Shown: in pieces, positions 17,573-28,300 of the stretch | Layout of the letters: every line of letters starts with the position of its first letter | Numbering within the stretch: position 1 is the first letter of the stretch | Assembly: GCA_965261085.1 (NCBI GenBank) | Contig: OZ253442.1 | Location: 64,001-128,000, forward strand | Direction of reading: 5' to 3' | Length of the DNA: 64,000 nt | From: a bacterium | GTDB lineage: Bacteria; UBA8248 | Made by a program: the position numbers and the translations under genes | The notes under the pieces: generated by a model | Told to the model about the DNA's origin: nothing | The model's database searches: none | The model's input: the letters and a program-made list of their open reading frames with translations, nothing else

Positions 17573-18820
17573 TCAAGTCAAAGCAACGCTGGAAAAAGTG
17601 ACCGTTCCGTTCGGGTCCGGCCATTGAGAATAACGAAGCACTTCCCCCTCGCAGTCACCCAGAACACGCAACATCGTGTAAATGGGCGCCAGCCCACACA
17701 CGTTTCTCGCATCCCCATCCTCTGCCACGCTCCAATAGAATTCCTCTGCATCTCCTCGGCATACCGCTTGCAAGGATTTCCCATCCGCTTCCTCGATTTC
17801 TTTCAGCCGCACTTCATCCACGGGGTATTCATCGCCGAATTGAGGACCGACATGGGCGAAATCCACACTCGCAATCAGGCAGACCCTTCCTCCATTTTGC
17901 CGGTATGCCGCAACCATCTCTTTCAGCGCGGCCAGAAAAGTCTCCACTTGCGCATCGCCCCGGGGAGATTCGTCATGAGCGACAAACCGGTGGAACGAAC
18001 CCACCAGGATGGGAACGAACTGAACAGGCCGGACGCCTGCAAAGAGATATTGCAGAAAAACAGCTTGAAACTCGATGGAGTGCTCGGCGCGATGCACGAA
18101 TTCATCCTGAAAGGAATTCACCTTCAGCCGGCGCGAGAGTTCCTCCACGAATCCTGCGTTCGCCTCTAAAATTCCGAACGGCGTCTCAAAAGACTTATCA
18201 GTGAGGTTATACATGTTTTTCGTCGGAGCGTGGACCGTTCCCAGAACGACAAACAAATCGGCATCAGATCGCTCTGCGATTGATTTATAAGCCCATGCGA
18301 AGGTGGCGCCTCCGCGATGAAAATCAATATGCGGCGCGACCACGCCCCGAAGCGATTTGGCCGGGGCCGGGGAATTTTTCGCAAGACTCCCCGGGCCGTC
18401 ATCTCCTGTGAAAAAGCCATCGATTTGAGAGCGCAAACGCGCCGGGTCCGCATCGTAGCTTCTACCAGACAAAAAACTCGGACGCACCGGAGCACTCAAG
18501 AAGGCGCTCTTGAGCGATGCGCTCCAGGAGGCGAAACCATCCCCCTCGAGTAAATGCGCTTCTTCGAGTCGGGACACCATTGCCCGGTAACTTTCTTCGG
18601 AGATATCCATCCCGTGAAGGGATTTACATTGCGCCTTGATATCCTCAAACGTGTGGCGACCATCGAGCCGCTGAAGCACGGGAACCAACGCCATGGGAGC
18701 AAAAAGAACCTCATCGCTGAGACGAAGCGGATCGCTGAGCCTCAACATCCTCTGGCCTTGATGTTCCGCAGGAGTAGCCTCCACGGGTCTCAGCTTCAAT
18801 CGCTCCGATGTCATGTCCAA
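17573..18820 (-). CDS. AmmeMemoRadiSam system protein B (MEMO1 family) with an N-terminal extension domain
   Basis: VAPHIDF, GTVH, EHSIEFQ, SVDFAHVG.QFGD and NVCG motifs. Confidence 0.9.
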   Translation of the reverse strand: MDMTSERLKLRPVEATPAEHQGQRMLRLSDPLRLSDEVLFAPMALVPVLQRLDGRHTFEDIKAQCKSLHGMDISEESYRAMVSRLEEAHLLEGDGFASWSASLKSAFLSAPVRPSFLSGRSYDADPARLRSQIDGFFTGDDGPGSLAKNSPAPAKSLRGVVAPHIDFHRGGATFAWAYKSIAERSDADLFVVLGTVHAPTKNMYNLTDKSFETPFGILEANAGFVEELSRRLKVNSFQDEFVHRAEHSIEFQAVFLQYLFAGVRPVQFVPILVGSFHRFVAHDESPRGDAQVETFLAALKEMVAAYRQNGGRVCLIASVDFAHVGPQFGDEYPVDEVRLKEIEEADGKSLQAVCRGDAEEFYWSVAEDGDARNVCGLAPIYTMLRVLGDCEGEVLRYSQWPDPNGTVTFSSVALT

Positions 18821-18826
18821 AATTCC

Positions 18827-20035
18827 TCACCCTCTGCTTTTAGTGGCGTATCTTCCAAAAAACGGTGCGCAAGATATCCCGATGACCGATAAAATCGCCA
18901 ACGTGTAAAAACCCGGACCGAACGACCCGGCCCAATCTCTTATCGCGCCAACCATCCAGGGACCGACAAAACCACCCAGATATCCCACGCCGATGATTAA
19001 ACCGCCCGCCCGGCCCACCTGGCTTTTCTCCACATATTGAGCGGGATACGCCAGGCAAAACAAAAACCAGCAATTCGTGGTCAAGCCCAAAACGGCGGTT
19101 CCCGCCGCGGCAACCCATAGGTTTCCCTCCGGCATCATGGCGAGCGCCACGGCCGTGAACAACCCGCACAAAACCATCATGACCCGCTCGCCACCGAGGG
19201 CCAACGCTATTTTATGCGCGCTCAGGGAAATAATAATTCCAAGCAAAGGCAAACTCGACACGATAAGCGCGGCACTCGATTGCGGCCAGCCCTTCGCCAT
19301 CAAAATCGTGGCCAGCCAACCCAAACTCGTATAAAAAACGACGTTGTTGACGAACAAGGAGCCGGCGACGGCCCAGACGGCAGGCAGCCGATACACCATG
19401 CCGCTATTGGCCGAGGCGGAATCGGGTTCTAAGTCCACCGCAATCGAGGCGGAATTTTTTCGCCAGACGATGAACGCCAGGATCAAAATGAGCGCCCATC
19501 CCAGATAGCCGCCGCGCCAGACGCTCCCTCCCCACCCGGCGGGCAAAACTCCTGCGGCCGGCGTCATATAGTGCGAGGCCGCGACTCCCAAGCCCGCTCC
19601 CGCAATGATGGAAGCCGTGTAAACGGCGGAGCCGAACTCGTTGCGCTCAGGAGGAACTATCGTCCCCACCACTTTCGGCATGACGGGAAACACCAGACCC
19701 GTACCGGCGCCCACGAGCGCGATTCCCAAAGCGAGCGACCAAAAATCTCCGCTGGTAAGGCGAACGACTCCTCCCAGCAAAGTGAAGAAAACGCCACCCA
19801 AAACGATTTTCTTCACCCCCAGTCGATCGACCAGCCGCCCCCCGGCAACCGCGAAAAACGCTATCAAGGGAAACGGCGCGGACAACAAAAAACCGCCCGC
19901 GCCGTAGGATAAGTTCAAATCATTCCGGATGAAGCCGATGAGTCCGCTCGTCGATACCAACGAGCCGAAAACGGCGAAAATGATGAAACAGGCAGACCCA
20001 AATATAGAACGCCAATGCGGGTATTCTTCCTTCAT
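18827..20035 (-). CDS. MFS transporter (CynX/NimT-like)
   Basis: About 12 hydrophobic segments, G.LVDRLG.K motif; ATGA overlap with the upstream gene. Confidence 0.85.
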   Translation of the reverse strand: MKEEYPHWRSIFGSACFIIFAVFGSLVSTSGLIGFIRNDLNLSYGAGGFLLSAPFPLIAFFAVAGGRLVDRLGVKKIVLGGVFFTLLGGVVRLTSGDFWSLALGIALVGAGTGLVFPVMPKVVGTIVPPERNEFGSAVYTASIIAGAGLGVAASHYMTPAAGVLPAGWGGSVWRGGYLGWALILILAFIVWRKNSASIAVDLEPDSASANSGMVYRLPAVWAVAGSLFVNNVVFYTSLGWLATILMAKGWPQSSAALIVSSLPLLGIIISLSAHKIALALGGERVMMVLCGLFTAVALAMMPEGNLWVAAAGTAVLGLTTNCWFLFCLAYPAQYVEKSQVGRAGGLIIGVGYLGGFVGPWMVGAIRDWAGSFGPGFYTLAILSVIGISCAPFFGRYATKSRG

Positions 20036-20985
20036 CCATCCAGCTCCAGCAACCGCGCCGCGTTTCCTCCCAGCCACTTTTCCGCAACGTGCGGCTTCAA
20101 GGGGAGACTCCTCGCTTCTTCGAGAATTTCGCCGAGAGATATCGGCAGAAGCGGCCAATCGGTTCCAAACAGAATTTTATCCTGTATCGTGGAGTTCCCG
20201 AAATGAAGGAGCATCTCCCAGCCGGAATGAGGGGTCGAGAAATACTTCCACCTATGGCCGGAAGGGTCGATATACAGATTCGGGTGCCGCCAGGCGGCGG
20301 CGACCATCTCCGGCACCCAGGGCCAACCACCATGGCCGGCGATTATCTTCAGATCCGGCATCTCTCCACAAAGACGATCCAAAGCCAGGGGCCTGCCGAG
20401 TTCCATCGGATGAGCGGGCGCCCAGTTCACCGAAGTATGAATCCACACGGGAACGTCCAACTCGACGCACTTTTCATAAATCGGCCGATACGCAGGCGCG
20501 TCGGCGGGGAGGCGATGAAGAAAAGGAACGAGAAAGGCCCCGTGCAGGCCAAGTTCGCGCACGCCTTTTTCCAGCGTAATCGCCGCATCGTCCTTGTTGG
20601 GGTCGACGCCCTGAAAAGCCAGAATCCTGCCCGGATACGAATCCACCGCACTGGCGAGAACATTCGGGTCGAGCGGTGAAACGCCGGTGGTGCTCTCCTG
20701 GTCGATGCTGAAAACGACCGCCTTGTCGTAGCCGGCCGCATCTAGAGTCGCTATAAACTCTTCGATGGGTCGCCCAAGCCTCGTCGATATCTCATCGATA
20801 AAGGTATGGATTTCTACTCGCGACCTCCCCACCGCCCTGCGGCGAAACTCCTCTTCCTCCACGCCGCAAAAAGCGCTCAAGCCCTTCGCAAACATCTTCA
20901 AGTAACCGGGAATCGAGGCCCAGCCCAACAGGCGGGCGCGGTAGGACTCCGCGACGGGCAAGAAGCTGCAAATATCGACGATCAC
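20032..20985 (-). CDS. amidohydrolase family 2 protein
   Basis: VPVWIHTS, IIAGHGGWPW, LFGTDWP, LGGNAARLL. Confidence 0.88.
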   Translation of the reverse strand: MIVDICSFLPVAESYRARLLGWASIPGYLKMFAKGLSAFCGVEEEEFRRRAVGRSRVEIHTFIDEISTRLGRPIEEFIATLDAAGYDKAVVFSIDQESTTGVSPLDPNVLASAVDSYPGRILAFQGVDPNKDDAAITLEKGVRELGLHGAFLVPFLHRLPADAPAYRPIYEKCVELDVPVWIHTSVNWAPAHPMELGRPLALDRLCGEMPDLKIIAGHGGWPWVPEMVAAAWRHPNLYIDPSGHRWKYFSTPHSGWEMLLHFGNSTIQDKILFGTDWPLLPISLGEILEEARSLPLKPHVAEKWLGGNAARLLELDG

Positions 20986-21980
20986 TGCAAACGACCCTGA
21001 GCCTGCCCGACAGAAGCGCTCGGCCCGGAAAGAGAGAAATCATTTTGACTCAAGGTCAATCGCGCCGAATTCACGGACACCGCCAGGATGAAAACGAGAA
21101 AGACGGCGAAAGAACCGGTCATGCGCACGCTCCCGCCTCGCCTGAGCGCGCCGAGCAACAATTCGAACAACGATATGACGCAGACGGCGCCGATGATGAG
21201 GAACGTCACGAAAGGAGAACCGCCTGACACCAGCATGCCTGCCATGAAATCAGACCCCTGGAACAAAAACCAGCCTCCCGCGACACCTGCCTGAATCATC
21301 AGAAAACACAAGGAGAACTTGGCTCCGAGCCGAACCCACCGCGCTCCGTTCGACGCGGAAACAGAACTCTCCCATCTAAAAGCCTTTCCCCCCAGAAACA
21401 TGAGGACGAGGCCGCCGACCGAGAACGCCGAGAGATAAAAATGCGCCATGGCCCACCAAAAAGAGGAACGGGCCAAAAAGCGCCAACTCCACCCCTCTTC
21501 CAAACCGAGGAGATTTGGATTCACACAAGAAAGCGTGAACACCCAAACCAATCCTGCGCATAATACCATCAAGACGCCCGGTGGAATCATCATCAGGTGC
21601 GCGAATCCGAATTTCGAGCCCTGTCTCGTATGCTTCGAATGAGCAAAGGCGAGAACGGCGAAGACGAACAGCAAGAGCAACAACACACCCAATGGGCGTA
21701 TCAGCGCGATCACGGTAGTAAAAAAAACGGCCGGCTGCATCGTGGACGCAAGCAAGGTGAGCGCCGCCCCGATGAAGAATACGGGAACGAAATAAGCCAG
21801 GCACAGGCCCGAGAGGCGACATGCGAATTCGATGTCGTCATCGTCGTTCTCCCACCACCCCCAGAACGCGAGATGCGCCGAAAACCACGGCACCGAAACG
21901 CTCACGCCGGCGCACAGCCACAACGCGGAGCCGAGCAGTACGATGAGCCACTCGCTCGATTCTGCGATCATCATGTTCAT
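20982..21980 (-). CDS. polytopic membrane protein, partner of the cytochrome c gene
   Basis: Multiple TM helices, AHFYLSAFSVGG; ATGA-coupled on both sides. Confidence 0.7.
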   Translation of the reverse strand: MNMMIAESSEWLIVLLGSALWLCAGVSVSVPWFSAHLAFWGWWENDDDDIEFACRLSGLCLAYFVPVFFIGAALTLLASTMQPAVFFTTVIALIRPLGVLLLLLFVFAVLAFAHSKHTRQGSKFGFAHLMMIPPGVLMVLCAGLVWVFTLSCVNPNLLGLEEGWSWRFLARSSFWWAMAHFYLSAFSVGGLVLMFLGGKAFRWESSVSASNGARWVRLGAKFSLCFLMIQAGVAGGWFLFQGSDFMAGMLVSGGSPFVTFLIIGAVCVISLFELLLGALRRGGSVRMTGSFAVFLVFILAVSVNSARLTLSQNDFSLSGPSASVGQAQGRLQ

Positions 21981-24082
21981 GACGAATTCTTCTCTTCCGG
22001 TTTTTTCGCGTCTTGCGGGTCGCTCGGCGGACTGGAAGGAGCGGCGGAAACGCTTTCCCCGTCATCCGGGCTTTTATTGTTTTTCGCGTCGATCGAGGGA
22101 GCAGGGGATGAGGCGGCGCTTTCCGGTTTTTCCGATATTCCGATGTCCTGTAAACTCCCGGCGTCTTGCCTATCATCCCGTGCGCCAGAAGGCGCAGTAG
22201 AGGCCTTCCTCCCCTCATCCGATTTTTTTATATCCTGCGATTTCTTGGAGTCGGCATCCTGCGCGGCGTTCGAGGGAGCGGGAGAAGCGGTGACGCCGCT
22301 ATCCTCCTCTGGCGGCTTTTTGGCGTCCTGTGCGCCTTTGGCATCTTGCCCATCATCCGGCTGACTCGGAGAAACGGGTAAAACGCCGCTCTTCTCTTCC
22401 GGTTTTTTCGCGCCTTGCGTGGCGCCCGGCGGGCCGGAAGGGGCGATGGAGACGGCTCCCTCTTTTTTCGAGATTTTTGCGTCCTGGATGCTGATGTCCC
22501 TCGACCGAGTGGAAGAAACGGCGGAGCCCGCCTGTTCCTGTTCTTGTGATTTTTTCACGCTTTGTGCGGCTTTCGAGAGGTCCGGAGAAATGGTAGTCCC
22601 GCTCTTTTCTTTCACCTCGGGCGTACCTTGCGCTTTCGCCGCAGCCTGGATTTCTTTTTTTATCTCGGGCGCGGTTTCTTTCTGCACCTGGCGCATATTC
22701 GACTTTGGAACCTCTGCGCGCTTTTCCACACCCCGGGTAGAGGTTTTCGGAACCATCGCCGGGCGAACCGCCGGTTTCTGTGTGGCGGGCGGAGGCTCGG
22801 GGCGTGATGCTAAAGTTCGGCCTGATTTCGCGATCATCGCCTCAAGATACGCCGCCAGGGCGCGCCGCTCTTCGGGCGTTCCCGCAAAAAGGGGATACGG
22901 GGGATGTTTGGAGCCTATTTCTCCAAGAAACCGAAGGGCATCTCCCTCGAACCTGAATCGGGGGGTTCGAGACGGATCCTCGGATTTCACCCAATTCTCG
23001 TGGCAGGCCATGCATTGAGCGCGGAAGCTGAACGCGCCGAGTTCCTCCTGCGCGGGCAGAGGCTCGCCGAGGTTCACGAAATTCCACAGGCCCGCTCGAT
23101 TCGAGATCTCCGCCTCCTCGATGATCATTCCATTGCGATACATATATTGTTGAATCTGGAAATTTCCCTTCGCCTCCACATAAACCCACCCACACGCCAC
23201 CATCAGGAGAACGACCAGAACCGAAGCCGCACCCGCATGCCATCGATGCCGTCTTTCGGGGTCGCGAACGCCCCATCTATAGGCGATGCCTCCCATAGCC
23301 GCCTGCGCCGCCACCGCGACTGCCATCAGCCAGAACACCCATTGCTGATTCGTCCCTCCCGGAAGGCGGATTCCCCACCATATCCATCCGGGAACGCCGA
23401 TGACGGCTCCCGCCACCATCCACTTGCCTAATTCATGCACCAGGGCGACGCGCCACGGACCGTCCTTTCGGGTCGCGGCGTAGAGCAAACCGAAAGCACC
23501 GAAGGCCAATACCGAAATAGCCGCCCACGTCACGAATACGGAGGGGAAGGTGGGATTCCAGAAAGCATTCGACAACCCGGGTTCCGCTACCCACCCGCCC
23601 GTGTGTATTGAGAAGGCGCAGACCGAAACCAGGACGGCGGCTGCACACCAAAAGCCGATTACAGACAAGAGGCCCCATACAAAATGAAGCCTGCTTTCAT
23701 GGCTTCCTCTTCCCCATAGGGCGATGTATCGACCCAAAAAACAAAAACCCGATAAAAAAAGCAACAAGCCCAAAAGGGCGGGTGTTATGAAAATCGAATG
23801 GAGTTGCTCCATCATCCGGGGTCGTTGGGCCATCGTGACGACCCAAAGGCCAAGGCCCAGAGGACAGGCCACCCAACCCGCCAGGGCGCGCGTCGTCTTC
23901 GCGCACCGCAGGGCGAGTTCGTCCCATCTCGGGTCCATGCTTTCTGAACCATGAAACTTCGCGACAAGGGTGAAAACCGAACCGCCGCAGACGCACGCAC
24001 TCGCAAGGGCGAAGAAGAACGAAAACCCCGCCGCCAGGAGATGATCGGCCAGTGTTAGCGCTTCCTGAAATGGAAATGACAC
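21977..24082 (-). CDS. membrane-bound cytochrome c (CydA-like TM domain, CxxCH, long low-complexity tail)
   Basis: About 8 TM helices, AFWNPTF, YMY.NG, CMACH, ~270-aa K/S/P/D/A-rich tail. Confidence 0.7.
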   Translation of the reverse strand: MSFPFQEALTLADHLLAAGFSFFFALASACVCGGSVFTLVAKFHGSESMDPRWDELALRCAKTTRALAGWVACPLGLGLWVVTMAQRPRMMEQLHSIFITPALLGLLLFLSGFCFLGRYIALWGRGSHESRLHFVWGLLSVIGFWCAAAVLVSVCAFSIHTGGWVAEPGLSNAFWNPTFPSVFVTWAAISVLAFGAFGLLYAATRKDGPWRVALVHELGKWMVAGAVIGVPGWIWWGIRLPGGTNQQWVFWLMAVAVAAQAAMGGIAYRWGVRDPERRHRWHAGAASVLVVLLMVACGWVYVEAKGNFQIQQYMYRNGMIIEEAEISNRAGLWNFVNLGEPLPAQEELGAFSFRAQCMACHENWVKSEDPSRTPRFRFEGDALRFLGEIGSKHPPYPLFAGTPEERRALAAYLEAMIAKSGRTLASRPEPPPATQKPAVRPAMVPKTSTRGVEKRAEVPKSNMRQVQKETAPEIKKEIQAAAKAQGTPEVKEKSGTTISPDLSKAAQSVKKSQEQEQAGSAVSSTRSRDISIQDAKISKKEGAVSIAPSGPPGATQGAKKPEEKSGVLPVSPSQPDDGQDAKGAQDAKKPPEEDSGVTASPAPSNAAQDADSKKSQDIKKSDEGRKASTAPSGARDDRQDAGSLQDIGISEKPESAASSPAPSIDAKNNKSPDDGESVSAAPSSPPSDPQDAKKPEEKNSS

Positions 24083-24152
24083 CAGAATTACCTGCTCGAA
24101 AATATAAAAAATGCCTGAAACTCGAAACCGGAGAAGCTGATACCCCCGAGCT

Positions 24153-25271
24153 TTATACCTTCACCGCCTGCCGTGTCATGTATTTCTCGAGTTTATTCTC
24201 ATCGAGGGCGACGCCCAAGCCGGGCGCATCGGAAATCGCATACCGCCCCGAGTCCATGTCGACGGGAAAATCGACGACGTCGTCCAGCATCTTCTCGGGA
24301 CCGACGGACTCTATTGCCGCCAGAAAGGCATTCGAAGTCGCCGCCACGTGAATCTCGCCCAGCGTGTAGGGCGACAACCCGAACCCGTGACCGATGACCA
24401 GTTTCATGCCGGCGGCCTCCGCCGTACCGACCATGTCGCGGACGCGAAGGGGGCCGCCTTGCTTCATGATCTTGACCTTGACGGTATCGGCGGCTTCGGC
24501 CCGGATGATTTCGAGCAGACTCTTGGGCCCGAATATGCATTCATCCGCCATGACGGGGATGTTGATGGAGCGGCGCACACGGGCGAGTCCCTCGATGTCG
24601 TGCCTGGGAACGGGCTGTTCGAAATGCTGGATGTCGGCTCCTTCCACTTCCCGCGCGAGCGCAACGGCGTCCTCCACGCTCCCGTAGGATTCATTCGCGT
24701 CGATTCGTATCTCGAAATCATCCCCCGTCGATTCCCGCACGGCCAGCACCCGCGCCGCATCTGACGCCACGTCTCCACCCGCCTTCACCTTACAAGCTCT
24801 CCAGCCGCGCTCATAAAAGCCCCGTGCCTCGCGCGCCGCCTCATCGGGCGCCTTGATGCCGATCCAGGCGTTGAAGCGCACCTCGTCCTTCACCGCGCCG
24901 CCAAGTAGTTCATACAGGGGGATGCCCAGGTATTTCGCATGAAGGTCGGCCAGGGCGAGCGACAAGGCTCCCTTTCCGCCATCGAAGCCGTCGCAGGCCT
25001 CATCCATCTTCTTTGTGAGTTCACGCGACGCCCTGGGGTTCGCGCCGATGAGAGCGGGCGCGAGCTTTTGCTCCATCGCGTCTGCAATCTCATCGCTCCC
25101 CAGACCTGAATATCCCGCCACGGGCTCGACGTCGCCTATGCCCGAGAAGCCGTCGTCCGAGGTTACACGAACGACGATCGCCGGCTGGACGTTGTGATTG
25201 TGGTTCGCGTTCTTGAAAAAGTCCCGCATCGGCATGTCGACGCGGAATATCTCGATGGATTCGACCTTCAC
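24153..25271 (-). CDS. mandelate racemase/muconate lactonizing enzyme family protein
   Basis: KVKAG, RIDANE, FEQP, MADE, KIMKQGG, PGLGV. Confidence 0.9.
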   Translation of the reverse strand: MKVESIEIFRVDMPMRDFFKNANHNHNVQPAIVVRVTSDDGFSGIGDVEPVAGYSGLGSDEIADAMEQKLAPALIGANPRASRELTKKMDEACDGFDGGKGALSLALADLHAKYLGIPLYELLGGAVKDEVRFNAWIGIKAPDEAAREARGFYERGWRACKVKAGGDVASDAARVLAVRESTGDDFEIRIDANESYGSVEDAVALAREVEGADIQHFEQPVPRHDIEGLARVRRSINIPVMADECIFGPKSLLEIIRAEAADTVKVKIMKQGGPLRVRDMVGTAEAAGMKLVIGHGFGLSPYTLGEIHVAATSNAFLAAIESVGPEKMLDDVVDFPVDMDSGRYAISDAPGLGVALDENKLEKYMTRQAVKV

Positions 25272-25328
25272 GGCACCTCCCCCTCTATTCATTTCATTCT
25301 GAATCGGATGAAGTCTTTGTGAAAACCC

Positions 25329-28300
25329 CTACTCCGCTTCCGCCACGGCCTCGCATACGCGTTCTCTTAACACATCATCGACGGGGCAGGAAACGTCGAC
25401 GCCCGGACGCAAAAAAGAAAACACCAACTCATGGACTTCAAGACCCGTCGCCGCCTCGAGCCCCATGACGTAAGCGCCACCCTGGTTCGCATAAAACAAT
25501 GCCTTTTGGTCCGCTTCGTTCGCCGCGATCTTATCGGTCTTGAAATCCACGAGCGTCAGTTTCCCCTCTTCTTCGAACACTAAATCGATGAATCCCCGAA
25601 TCATCCTGCCGTCCAACTCGAACATGAAGGCGAGTTCCCGCCAACGCCTCGAGGCGGCCGCCGCACGCGCCAGTACACCCCCACTCATCGAGTTTCGAAT
25701 CAATTCCGTGGCGAGTGCGGTGTCGTCATCGCCCAAACCGAGCGTGCGGGCGTAAGCGATGCTTTCCTCTCTCAAACCCTCCAGACACTCAGGCTCCGGC
25801 GGCTCCAATTTTGCGAGAATCACATGAACCAACCGCCCGAACGCCACGCCCCCCGCATGAATCTCTAGGTCTTGAGATTCATCCTCAACGAAAAGCGCCC
25901 ATGAAGTCGCAGGCTCCGCTTCGTCAAACCCTTTGGCGAGCCCACTGGGAGCCAAGGGCTTCAACACTTCGATCGGTTTCTTTAACCGCTTCAATTTCTC
26001 ATCCAAAGCGACGCGCTGATTGGCAAGGCTCACCGAACCCCCGCTCACCTGGCGGAAAACACCATCGGGCACACGGAGGATGGATTCGAGAGGTTTCGAC
26101 TCCCCCGGCGAAACTTCGAGGGGAGATGCGGGCGCTCCTTGAATCACATCGTCTACTTCTTCCTCTTTCAGGCCCGCACTTTTCATAAGGAAGCGAAAAC
26201 CCGATTCCGGCCAGAGCAGATAGTCCTGCGCCCTTGTCGCGCCCACATACCAAAGACGCTTTATTTCGGCTTCCCGGAATTGTTTTTCCCGCTCCAGCGC
26301 ATCCGCATATCCCGCTGAATTCAGCCAACGGGTACTTGAGCCTAGATGTAAATCGACTACTTCGTTTCCTTTTTCGTAATTCGCGATCCACGCCTCCGTG
26401 CTCTTATCGGGTCGCCCCTCCAGGTCGGCCAAGGCAACCACCGGAAATTCCAGCCCCTTGGCCTGATGGATAGTCATGAACCGAACTGCCCGGCCCTCAT
26501 GGGTATCCAGAAACGCCTCAGGCTCTTTGGCTTCGCGCCCCAGGTCGTATTGCGCCTCCAGGTTTGCTGCGAACGCATCTACGCCCCGTTTCCCGTTCCC
26601 GGCGAATTCATGCGCCATGTCCAGGAGCTTGAGCAGATTGGCGACGCGCTGCTCTCCTCCTGAGGACGCCAGGAACAACTCGAACGCCTGCGTGCGACGG
26701 TATATCTCCTCCAAAAGCGAGCGAGCGCTCAAATCTTTCTTTCCATTGTGCAGCAGATGCATCTCCCGAACCGCCTCTTTCAACTCCCCCGGCGGTTCAC
26801 GTGTTTTCAGGAAGTAGCGGGCGATATCCACATCCGAGAAACCATACAAGGGAGAGCGCAAGGCGGCGGCCAGCGCCAGCGATTCGCCCGGACGCACGAC
26901 CGCGGATAATACCGAAATGGCCGCACCGACCTCGAATTTATCGTAAAACCCGTGTCCGCCATCCGAGACGAAAGAAACATCCGCACCGCGAAACGCATCC
27001 TCGAACTGGCGATAGCCCGTGCGAACGCGGAAGAGGACGGCGATGTCCCCGTAATTGACCGGGCGGCGCGCGTCACCCTCGCCGATCTCTAATTTCCTCT
27101 CCTCCACCAACTCTCGAATCGCGGCGGCGAGACAGGCAGCCTCGTTTTTTCGCCTCTCCTCCTCTTTCATCCTGCCACCATCCTCGGGCCCATCCCCATT
27201 TTCTTGCTTCTGGATGAGGAAAACGCCCGGGTTTGATGATTCGCGATGCGCCATCAGTTCGACATATGGAGGCTGAACCCCTGCTTCAGGACGGATGACC
27301 CGCGAAAACGCCTCGTTCACGAAATCGACCACGCCGGGGGTGCTGCGGAAGTTTTCTTTGATATGCAGCACGCGGCCACTCGGGAGGGCGCGAATCCTCT
27401 CCTTCACTTCATGATAAATGGCGATGTCCGCCCGGCGGAAGCGGTAGATGGATTGTTTGGGATCGCCCACCAGAAAAAGTCTGGCGTTGCCCATCCGCGC
27501 TTCGCGCCAATCGCGGGCGTCCGTCTCTCCTGCGAGCAGAAATATCAATTCCACTTGCAAAGGGTCGGTATCCTGAAACTCATCGATCAGGAAATGTTTT
27601 ATGCTCTCGCGAATCCTCCTGCGCGCCCCGGGGTTCTCCCGGACGAGCTTCGCCGCCAAAAAGAGAATATCCTGATACGACAAAACGCCCGCTTCGCGCA
27701 TTTCCCGCTCGAAAGACTCGACGAAGCCCCGGACGATGGAGACAAGGCCCGCGAGCATCTCGTGGGCTATTATCGCGGCGCTATCTTGTAGAAACCGATC
27801 ATACCCCGCGCGAAAGAGCTTGAGGTTTTCTCTCCCCTCATCTGCAGAATCGCCCCACTTTCTCGGGGAACCCACATTTTTTTTCATCCTGACGCTTGGA
27901 TTCCAGAGTTCACGGAGCAACACTGTTTTCGATAATCCCAAGAGGCTCTCCAGCCAGTTTTCGGCTTTTTCGAGTTCCAAAAACGCCTTGTCTGATTCAT
28001 CGCTGCAATGGCGCTTCCCAAAGTCCACCCAGCCGGCAAACGTCTCTGTGATAGATGCACGGATTTCATCGAGAGAAGCGACGTTCAAGCGGGGGAAATG
28101 TTCTCTGAGTTCAGGCATGTCGAGCAGGGCGTCGCGAATTTTCTCCAAATCGGAGACGGTAAAACCAAGGTCAAGGAAATCGCGCAATCGCCTGTCATTG
28201 CCGTTCAGTTCTTCCATCAACCAGTCGCGCCAGGCCGCATCGCGCCTCGCCTCGTACTCTGTTTCATCCACGTCCCCCACCTCGGGCCGAAGTCCCGCTT

